DNA from: a virus
Lineage: Duplodnaviria > Caudoviricetes
IMG/VR virus record: IMGVR_UViG_3300037751_000266
Span: 1-59,066 of that record
Direction: 5' to 3' (one strand)
Length of the DNA stretch: 59,066 nt
Shown here: positions 28,333-35,732 of the stretch, one piece after another
Position numbering within the stretch: the stretch's first letter is position 1
Layout of the letters: each line of letters starts with the position of its first letter
Made by a program: the position numbers and the translations under genes
Notes under the pieces: generated by a model
What the model was told of the DNA's origin: nothing
Database searches by the model: none
What the model saw: the letters and a program-made list of their open reading frames with translations, nothing else

Positions 28333-28547
28333 AACAAATAGAATATAACCCCGAAGCAATCCCCAACCTAATGTTCGGTGTCGGGCTATCACAAGCCGAA
28401 TTTGCAGACCATGCGGGGATAAACCGCCAGCTTGTCAATAACTACATCAAAAAGAAACATCGGCCAAGTGTGGAGACTATAGCTGATTTGTGCAATGTTT
28501 ATGGGGTGGAGCCGGGATACTTTTTTAAAACCAAGGGGGGGAAATGA
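28329..28547 (+). CDS. XRE-family HTH regulator
   Basis: GLSQAEFADHAGINRQLVNNY....RPSVETIADLCNVYGV. Confidence 0.9.
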   Translation: MKQIEYNPEAIPNLMFGVGLSQAEFADHAGINRQLVNNYIKKKHRPSVETIADLCNVYGVEPGYFFKTKGGK

Positions 28548-28979
28548 AATACATTCTTTCTTTTGCCATTTGTTTAATTGGGGCTTTTGTCGGACAGCAC
28601 CTTCTCGTTGAGCCGTGGTCGATATGGACGACAGGGGCCATTACAGGTATAACTTCTCTCTCAATAAATCAACTATGAAACCAACAAAATTAACAGCCAA
28701 AATATCCATAGTAAAAACAGGCAGCACCCGCATGAAAATATTCCACACCGACATAGGCGATATGACCAGCGCGGAAATGAAACAGGCGGGATTTAACCCG
28801 AAGCAGATTTACGAACGTGTCCGTGATAAGGGCTGGAAGCATAAAGACATTTTCCGAGAGGGGCATTTGCCCAGGGCGGCCGAACCATGTATCATCGATT
28901 GTGATGTAAGTGGACTGTCCAACGCATCACGGCTGCGGAACTTGGACAAGATTTCGGTTGGTAGTTTTGAGGCGAGTTT

Positions 28980-29687
28980 ATGAAAGTGCTTATCGCTTGT
29001 GAATTTTCCGGGGTGGTACGAGAATCGTTTAGGGCTCGGGGTCACGACGCTTGGTCATGTGATTTAAGAGACGCAGAAGACAATTCGATATATCACATAA
29101 AAGACGATGTTCTAAATATTATTTATGGTATAGGATCCGGCACATATAACGGTGTTGAATTTCATGATCTTTCTCGTTTTGAAAAAGAAGAAGTCAACCA
29201 AGGGATAATAGAAGAAGATGTTCAGGCTTGGGATCTTATGATAGCCCACCCACCATGTACAAGGCTTACTAACGCTGGAGTCAGGTGGTTGAAGGTAGCG
29301 CCAAGAGGAAGAAGCCTTGAGGACTTGTGGCAGGAATTAAGGGAAGCAGCTACCTTCTATAAAGCACTCAGGGATGCCCCAATCGAAAAGAAAGCCATAG
29401 AGAACCCAGTAATGCACAAATATGCGAGAGAACTGATAGGGCCAATGACTAGACAAATAGTTCAGCCTTGGTGGTTTGGTGAGCCTGAATTCAAGGCAAC
29501 AGGGTTTGAGTTATATAATCTTCCTCAACTCGTCCCAACTAATAAATTAACTCCACCTAAATCAGGGACAGTGGAGCACAGAGCGTGGTCTAAGGTGCAC
29601 ATGATGTCTCCAGGGGCTGATAGGGAGAAAAACAGAAGCAGAACCCTGAAGGGCGTAGCGGAAGCTATGTCATCACAATGGGGATAA
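28980..29687 (+). CDS. Phage DNA cytosine methyltransferase-like protein
   Basis: KVLIACEFSGVVR..F...GHDAWSCDL, WDLMIAHPPCT, IENP, RSRT..GVAEAM..QWG. Confidence 0.85.
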   Translation: MKVLIACEFSGVVRESFRARGHDAWSCDLRDAEDNSIYHIKDDVLNIIYGIGSGTYNGVEFHDLSRFEKEEVNQGIIEEDVQAWDLMIAHPPCTRLTNAGVRWLKVAPRGRSLEDLWQELREAATFYKALRDAPIEKKAIENPVMHKYARELIGPMTRQIVQPWWFGEPEFKATGFELYNLPQLVPTNKLTPPKSGTVEHRAWSKVHMMSPGADREKNRSRTLKGVAEAMSSQWG

Positions 29688-29745
29688 AACAAAAACATGT
29701 GCAGAAAACTCCAAATCTACAAATTATCGGCAAAATATTGGCTAC

Positions 29746-30039
29746 ATGGAGGAGCAGGGCATGGGCAATGCAAAAAATATTTACAAAGTAAAAGATGGGC
29801 AGCTTGTTAGTGCCGAAATAATCAGAGAAACCCCTAAGCTTTATTGGATAGAGAGAGGTGAAGGGTTTGTCTATGGAACTAATTTTACCAAAGAACATGC
29901 GTGCATTACTCCAGAAGAAGCCATATTGGAGGAATACAACGCGGCTGTAACGAAAGTAGGAATGATGGAGGAAATATTGAAAAAAGCCCAAGAGAGACTG
30001 GCAGGCGCGTTGCGTCTTAGAAAAGAATACAACGTATAA
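29746..30039 (+). CDS. Hypothetical protein
   Basis: ORF in rightward operon; resembles 12848-13108. Confidence 0.55.
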   Translation: MEEQGMGNAKNIYKVKDGQLVSAEIIRETPKLYWIERGEGFVYGTNFTKEHACITPEEAILEEYNAAVTKVGMMEEILKKAQERLAGALRLRKEYNV

Positions 30040-30052
30040 GCGAGGTTATTCG

Positions 30053-30259
30053 ATGAGCATCATACGAGAAAATCTAATGAAGCAAAAAGGATATTCCCCT
30101 TATTGTGGAGACGAAAGCGGTCTTTGTCCTTTACCAAGGACGCATTTCGATGGAGAGCAATTTGTCTGTAAGCACTGTGGGTGGATGTCCAGATTTCCGG
30201 CTGATTTTATCAATGAATATAAGGAAAAGTGGTCAGGTGCAACGATTGATACTAACTGA
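30053..30259 (+). CDS. Small zinc-ribbon phage protein
   Basis: RENLM...GYSPYCG...C..PRT.FDGEQF.C..CGW.S.FP. Confidence 0.7.
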   Translation: MSIIRENLMKQKGYSPYCGDESGLCPLPRTHFDGEQFVCKHCGWMSRFPADFINEYKEKWSGATIDTN

Positions 30260-30498
30260 TTATCAAAGGACAACTTAATGAAAAAAGTCCGGGTAAGATA
30301 TGTAGGCAGCACAATAAACGGTCTAAAGCGCATTGTAACCCTGGAAGAGGCAGATATTGGCTTTCTTGAGGCAAAGCGGTATCTGGCCGGCTTAAGAGAT
30401 CTGGAGTTGGCTGAATTGCCGCCGCCGAGGATAGACGAAGTGTCGGAGGTTGTTGAGTGATCTTTGTTTGGTAAACTTTTAAATTAAAAGGTGGGAAA

Positions 30499-30927
30499 AT
30501 GAACATTTACATTATTGCGTTAACTGTTGGTGGTTTTTTTGCTGCAATACCCTTTGTGATATATCTAGGGTGTTGGTGTTGGCAGTTGGGTTGGGCGTGG
30601 GTAGACGACAGTGAACCAGATAAGGTTAATAAGTTTATAAAATATTTGTGTTATAAAAAAGGTTATACAGATAGATATGATGAAGACGCAGAATATCCAT
30701 TTTATACGAAAAGTGGATATATTAGCGAAGGGTCCGCCCCGTTTTTCCAATTGGTTTTAATGGCCGGATTGCTTCCAATATTTGCTGTTTTTGCTTTCCA
30801 GTTCTACCCTGTTGCGTTGTCTTTGTCCCTAGCTATTGGACTCGCTTATTTGTGCAGGTTTGCCCGTAGGCTTAACAAGAGGGTTAAGTCACACGTCGTT
30901 GACTTAAATGCTCACAAGACACAATGA
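30499..30927 (+). CDS. Membrane protein
   Basis: Three hydrophobic segments. Confidence 0.65.
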   Translation: MNIYIIALTVGGFFAAIPFVIYLGCWCWQLGWAWVDDSEPDKVNKFIKYLCYKKGYTDRYDEDAEYPFYTKSGYISEGSAPFFQLVLMAGLLPIFAVFAFQFYPVALSLSLAIGLAYLCRFARRLNKRVKSHVVDLNAHKTQ

Positions 30928-31269
30928 ATCCGATTATAATAGGCATAGACATAACCAGCAAAATAGATATTCCAGTTTATGCGATTAAAAAAGCAGATGG
31001 CAGCTTCGAGGTTTTGAGTAAAAACATTGAGGTTGTCCGGGATGCTGAAATTTACCTTAACAGGAGTGGCAATGATCTTAAAGTCAAACCAGAGAAAAGA
31101 AATGCTCGAAGCGGCCAAACCACTGATGTTGTGGATCAACGAAAATTGCCACCCGCACTGTGAGGCAACAGTTGACCATAACACGGTTGTTTTGACAGAA
31201 GGCGTTGCGTGTCAACGGACTGATGAGTTTTTGCAAGACTGAGATTATTTTAATCAACGAGGTAAAAGA

Positions 31270-31656
31270 ATGGAATGGTCAACAGAAACACCAAAACGCC
31301 CCGGCTATTATTGGGCGAGAACGAAAGACGAAAAAGGAGGCGAAGGTGAACTGGTTTTAGTGCAATTTGACGGATCACGTGCGGCAAGGCCGGGAGACAA
31401 AACTATATCATCAGCCATGGAATTTGACGAATGGTTGGGGCCAATTGCTGAGCCTAAAAAACCATTAAGGGTCAAAGAAAAAGTTGTGCTAAACTTCAAT
31501 GGCTGGAAGAAGGAAGAATGGATTAATAAAGGTACAACTGAGATTGTTATTCAATTTCCACATTCGTTACCCGGTATGAAAAGCCATAGCACTACCTTTT
31601 GTCTTTCTGGTGAAGACCTATGGTCTAAGCTTCCTTTGTTTGTAAACAAGGAGTAG
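31270..31656 (+). CDS. Hypothetical phage protein
   Basis: WSTETPKRPGYYW...EWLGPIAEP motif. Confidence 0.65.
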   Translation: MEWSTETPKRPGYYWARTKDEKGGEGELVLVQFDGSRAARPGDKTISSAMEFDEWLGPIAEPKKPLRVKEKVVLNFNGWKKEEWINKGTTEIVIQFPHSLPGMKSHSTTFCLSGEDLWSKLPLFVNKE

Positions 31657-31970
31657 CCATGCCAACAAGACCAAGACCAAAACGAGGAATGTTGCGGGAT
31701 GAGCCGAGGTTGCGGTATCGGGTTGAGTACACGCAAGGTTATTGTAATTCGCACGGTCAGCCAGTACCCCATGATTTTTATTTCAACCCTCACTACTCTT
31801 TTCCAACAACTATTGAAAAGAAAATCCTTCAAGAGCGCATCAACGGAATATGGGTTGATGTGGTATAGGTGACAATATGGAAGAGTTTATTATATCCATT
31901 ATCATACTTTTTGTTTTATTAATGTGAGCAAGCTGATCTAGTGCAGGATGCGCTGAAAATAGAAAAATCA

Positions 31971-32056
31971 GGACAGGTTCCATAATGGTATTGGAAACGA
32001 CTGCTAATCGTTCGAGGGTAACACCTTTCCGAGTTCGAATCTCGGCCTGTCCGCCA
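31971..32056 (+). tRNA. tRNA-Ser(GCT)
   Basis: GGACAGG/CCTGTCC acceptor, G discriminator, CCA; AACGA-CTGCTAA-TCGTT; long variable arm; CCGAG-TTCGAAT-CTCGG. Confidence 0.95.
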
Positions 32057-32090
32057 AAAAAACTAAGCAAGCAAATTGTTAGATAAAAAG

Positions 32091-32119
32091 TTGTGCAACA
32101 TCTCAAAACGTGATATAAT
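32091..32119 (+). promoter_or_regulatory. Sigma70 promoter with extended -10
   Basis: TTGTGC-N17-TATAAT with TGn. Confidence 0.7.
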
Positions 32120-32136
32120 AAGTAAAATTATAATTT

Positions 32137-32169
32137 TTCGTCCTGTTCTATCAGGGCGTGGATTGAAAC
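32137..32169 (+). CRISPR. Solitary type I-C-like CRISPR repeat (no array, no cas genes)
   Basis: TTCGTCCTGTTCTATCAGGGCGTGGATTGAAAC: 7-bp hairpin CGTCCTG/CAGGGCG followed by TGGATTGAAAC, the type I-C 3' handle. Confidence 0.8.
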
Positions 32170-32179
32170 AGGAGCAACA

Positions 32180-32500
32180 ATGGCAAAAAACATCGTCAAT
32201 TTTGTTCAACCCCCATCGTTTAGGCAGCTTTCACTCGAAAGGGCCAAGTCGAATCGCATTGCAGAAATCACCGAAAAGGCGCGGAGACTCCGTGTAATTC
32301 AGGAAGTTGTTGATAAATTCGAACAGGTAGACGTTCACGAAGAGGAAGTTGTTCTCAACGACGGTCGCAGGGCTGTGTTGTTTTCTGTGCGTGATACGAA
32401 AGACGATGGGCTGTTTGTGCTAAAAGACGAACTGGACTCCGGCGCGATTACCCGGAAACAGATTTGTGACCAATTGCTCGGACTGTCATGCCAGAATTAG
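32180..32500 (+). CDS. Hypothetical protein directly downstream of the solitary repeat
   Basis: RBS AGGAG abuts the repeat end; 106 aa. Confidence 0.75.
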   Translation: MAKNIVNFVQPPSFRQLSLERAKSNRIAEITEKARRLRVIQEVVDKFEQVDVHEEEVVLNDGRRAVLFSVRDTKDDGLFVLKDELDSGAITRKQICDQLLGLSCQN

Positions 32501-32613
32501 TCAAAGACTATCAGCCGATAGCTAAACCGGCAATCCCGGCCAGGAAAATGCAAGAGATATTGTATCGGGTGTTGAAGATGCTGGTTGACCTGTTAGCCAA
32601 GGAGCTTAAGTAA
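32488..32613 (+). CDS. Small ORF (41 aa)
   Basis: Overlaps upstream stop; MPELVKDYQPIAK... Confidence 0.45.
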   Translation: MPELVKDYQPIAKPAIPARKMQEILYRVLKMLVDLLAKELK

Positions 32614-32614
32614 A

Positions 32615-32779
32615 ATGAAAAACTGGCAAAAAGCAATAGCATCAATGACCACAACCGAGCAAGGCAAGTTTTCTAAAAGCGTATCAAAGATAAGGAAACC
32701 GGCTATTGACATAATCACCGATACAGAATGTTATCTGGTTGATAAGGAATTGGTTAAGGGTTATTTAAAGAAGTTTTAG
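32615..32779 (+). CDS. Small ORF (54 aa)
   Basis: RBS AAGGAG, start adjacent to upstream stop; MKNWQKAIASMTT... Confidence 0.5.
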   Translation: MKNWQKAIASMTTTEQGKFSKSVSKIRKPAIDIITDTECYLVDKELVKGYLKKF

Positions 32780-32802
32780 AAACACTGTAGCAAAAACATA
32801 GC

Positions 32803-32903
32803 GGCAGACCACTCTTTTAGACGCAATCTGCCAGTAAACCACACCCCAAAAGGCGCATGGTGCAAAAGAGGAAACTCTATTGCCTGTGCGTCTTTTTTTT
32901 TTT
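32803..32903 (+). promoter_or_regulatory. Leader hairpin/terminator with alternative pairing (element 4)
   Basis: AAAAGGCGCA/TGCGTCTTTT stem plus long U-tract before GGAG; upstream CTCTTTT pairs with loop AAAAGAG and AGACGCA with the 3' arm TGCGTCT. Confidence 0.65.
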
Positions 32904-32912
32904 GGAGAGAAA

Positions 32913-33191
32913 ATGTTACACGTTGCAGGTGAAATGCCAAAATACAAATGCCACAAAGTAGTAAGTGCGCTAAAGATTGCCTCTATTGTTGAAATGGATA
33001 TAAACCAAGCCCGGGAGCCCGTGGGAGCTGTCATCACCCCAAAAGAAAAAGGTTACGCTTGCTTTAATGTCTCAGGCGCGTATTTAAGTAAACATAATCC
33101 ACAAGTAGGCGGATATTACGTTGTGTGTGAAGACGGTTATGAATCGTTTTCGCCGGTGGATGCCTTTGAGTCGGGACACAAAAGGATTTAG
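32913..33191 (+). CDS. Conserved phage protein
   Basis: MPKYKCHKVVSALKI...KHNPQVGGYYVVCEDGYESFSP..AFESG. Confidence 0.75.
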   Translation: MLHVAGEMPKYKCHKVVSALKIASIVEMDINQAREPVGAVITPKEKGYACFNVSGAYLSKHNPQVGGYYVVCEDGYESFSPVDAFESGHKRI

Positions 33192-33522
33192 GCATGGAAC
33201 CTTGTTAATTGAGAGTGATAGAGGAACAAAGAGAACTAAACAACAAGTTCCACAAATTGAGCAAGTTCCTCAACTCAGACAAAATTATGACGACAACACC
33301 AGAAGAACAGCACAGGTTAATACGGCAGATGGTATTCATGGAAGCATACTCAAATGTTCTCAGCGAACGGATAAAGGCATTTTAATGTCAAAAGGTAATT
33401 CCAGTTGCCATATCCCCAACAACAAATACAGAGAAGGTTGGGACCGGATATTTGGGAAAGACCGCAAGCGGCAAGAACAGCCAGCCGGTGACCGCAAAAA
33501 GAAACAAGGAGCAACAAAGTAA

Positions 33523-34080
33523 GTGAGGGCCCTAACACCAAAACAACAGATGTTCGTATCGGAATATTTAATCGACTTAAATGCGACACAAGCCGCGATA
33601 AGAGCCGGTTATTCTCAAAAGACATCTGGGTGGATTGGCCCACAGCTACTCGCTAAAAGTCACATTGCAAAATCCATAGCTGATAAAATGGAACGGCGAT
33701 CTGTCGCGGTAGGGGTAGATGCCAATTACGTTCTAAAGCGCCTGACTGAGATAGACGAGATGGATGTAATAGACATCCTCGACAGCCGCGGCTCATTTAA
33801 GCCGATAGCCGGCTGGCCTAAGATATGGCGGCAGTTTATTTCAGGTATCGACGTTGCTGAAATGTGGGAAGGTCAGGGTGATGATAGAAAACTCGCTGGC
33901 CTTCTCAAGAAAATCAAGTGGCCGGATAAAATAAAGAACCTTGAGCTCATTGGCAAACACGTTGCAGTCCAGGCGTTTAAAGATCAGGTAGCGCACAGTG
34001 GAGCGATCGAGATAACCGAATCCATCAAAGACGTTCTTTCCAGGGTTGAAGATCAAACATGGGGCCTGCCGAATGACTGA
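33523..34080 (+). CDS. terS: Terminase small subunit
   Basis: LTPKQQMFVSEYLIDLNATQAAIRAGYS...KKIKWPDKIKNLELIGKH. Confidence 0.95.
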   Translation: MRALTPKQQMFVSEYLIDLNATQAAIRAGYSQKTSGWIGPQLLAKSHIAKSIADKMERRSVAVGVDANYVLKRLTEIDEMDVIDILDSRGSFKPIAGWPKIWRQFISGIDVAEMWEGQGDDRKLAGLLKKIKWPDKIKNLELIGKHVAVQAFKDQVAHSGAIEITESIKDVLSRVEDQTWGLPND

Positions 34081-35623
34081 GTTTGACCCCGGCTTAATGG
34101 TTGACCTCGAAAAGAAGCTGCTCGACCGTGAGTGGCGAATGGACAACCTGTATTACATAAAAGATAAGTTTGGTAATAAGATCAGGTTCGTGCGTAATGA
34201 ATCACAGATGATGTTCTGGCGGTCAATGTGGTACTACAACATCATTTTAAAAGACCGCCGCCGTGGTTTTTCTACTCTCTGTGCTATCTTTATTTTAGAC
34301 TCATGTCTGTTTAACTCCAATATCAACGCCGGTATTATCGATATATCTCTCGTTGATGCACAAAAGAAACTTGACAAAATATCCTTCGCTTACGTCAACC
34401 TACCAACATTCTTAACATCTGTCAGGACCACAGAAACAGACTCCAAAACAGAGTTGAAGTTTAACAACGGATCGTCTGTATATGTCGGGACTTCACATCG
34501 TGGCGATACTCTGCAAATCCTGTTTATTTCCGAATACGGCAAGATATCGGTCCGTTTCCCTGAAAGGGCCAGAGAGATAAAAACTGGTGGCCTCCCCACT
34601 GTCCACCCCGGCAACTTCATTATCATGGAATCCACGGCAGAAGGAAATAGCGGGGAGTTCTTTGATTTTTGCAAAAGGTCAAGAGACTTGATAGACAGAA
34701 ATCAACTGCTAACCAAACTTGACTTTAAGTTCCATTTTTTTGGATGGTGGGAAGGCAGCGAGAACGAACTGGAACCGGAAGGTGTAGAAATATCCAAGGA
34801 AGCACAAGAGTATTTAGTAGCCTTAGAGAAAGAGCTAGGGCGAAAGCTGTCTGCCCGTAAGTGGGCATGGTATTCAAAGACCTTTGACACTCAGGGAGAT
34901 GATATGGGTCGAGAGTATCCAGGCACTCCGGACGAAGCCTTTGCCGCCGCAGTTGAGGGTGTTTATTTAGCCAAAATCCTGCGCAAGATGAAAAAACGCG
35001 GTCAGATCGTGTCCATCCCCCCCGATCCTGGCATTCCGGTTAATACCGGTTGGGACTTTGGCTTGTCCGATCACATGACAATATGGCTGCATCAAAGAGT
35101 GAATTTTCAAGATAGACTGATTGGCTACATAAGCGGCACAGACGAAGACATCTATTACTATTGGCGAGAGCTACAAAAGCTCGATCACATATATGGCTAT
35201 CACTTTCTTCCGCATGATGGTGAAACCAGGCGTATAGGCACAGCGAAAAGCGCAGAAGAAAAACCAAAAACAATAGAAAAACTGTTGAGCGAAGCAGGGA
35301 TGAAAAACATCAAGATAGTCCCAAGGATATCCGAAAAATGGGTTGCTATCCAAGAGGTCAAAAGGTGGCTACCCCAAGTGTTTATAGACCCGGTACAGTG
35401 CAAAGATGGGCTAAATTGTCTCGAAAACTTCCGGCACGAATACGACGAAAACATGGGAAAATTCAAAGATACGCCGCGCCATGACTATGCCATGCACGGC
35501 TACGACGGACTTGAAACACTGGCGAGAGGGTTGAACGCTCATGGTGTTATCACCGATGTTCCTTTTCAGGCTCAGATACAAGTGCCTTTCTCAATGCCGT
35601 ATGATACGGGGGCTGGATACTGA
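34073..35623 (+). CDS. terL: Terminase large subunit
   Basis: ILKDRRRGFST Walker A region, LFISEYG Walker B, MESTAEG, WDFGLSD nuclease, LPHD, PRHD..HGYD. Confidence 0.95.
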   Translation: MTEFDPGLMVDLEKKLLDREWRMDNLYYIKDKFGNKIRFVRNESQMMFWRSMWYYNIILKDRRRGFSTLCAIFILDSCLFNSNINAGIIDISLVDAQKKLDKISFAYVNLPTFLTSVRTTETDSKTELKFNNGSSVYVGTSHRGDTLQILFISEYGKISVRFPERAREIKTGGLPTVHPGNFIIMESTAEGNSGEFFDFCKRSRDLIDRNQLLTKLDFKFHFFGWWEGSENELEPEGVEISKEAQEYLVALEKELGRKLSARKWAWYSKTFDTQGDDMGREYPGTPDEAFAAAVEGVYLAKILRKMKKRGQIVSIPPDPGIPVNTGWDFGLSDHMTIWLHQRVNFQDRLIGYISGTDEDIYYYWRELQKLDHIYGYHFLPHDGETRRIGTAKSAEEKPKTIEKLLSEAGMKNIKIVPRISEKWVAIQEVKRWLPQVFIDPVQCKDGLNCLENFRHEYDENMGKFKDTPRHDYAMHGYDGLETLARGLNAHGVITDVPFQAQIQVPFSMPYDTGAGY

Positions 35624-35732
35624 TGTTAGGAAAATACAGCACATTAAAAGTCTCCCGCCGCAGATATCGAACACTTTTTGGAAATTATCCAATAAAATCA
35701 AGATATGCAATTTGTAGTACAAAAGAGTCCAA

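Noticed and set aside
32137-32260. Mini CRISPR array
   Set aside because: Only one repeat found; the following sequence is an RBS and ORF with no second ATTGAAAC
33501-33517. Target of the solitary-repeat pseudo-spacer (AGGAGCAACAA before terS)
   Set aside because: An 11-nt match dominated by a Shine-Dalgarno sequence, with no TTC PAM; probably chance
34244-34280. Defective terminase (LKDRRRGFST instead of the usual LKARQLGFST)
   Set aside because: The rest of the ATPase and nuclease motifs are intact; probably natural variation
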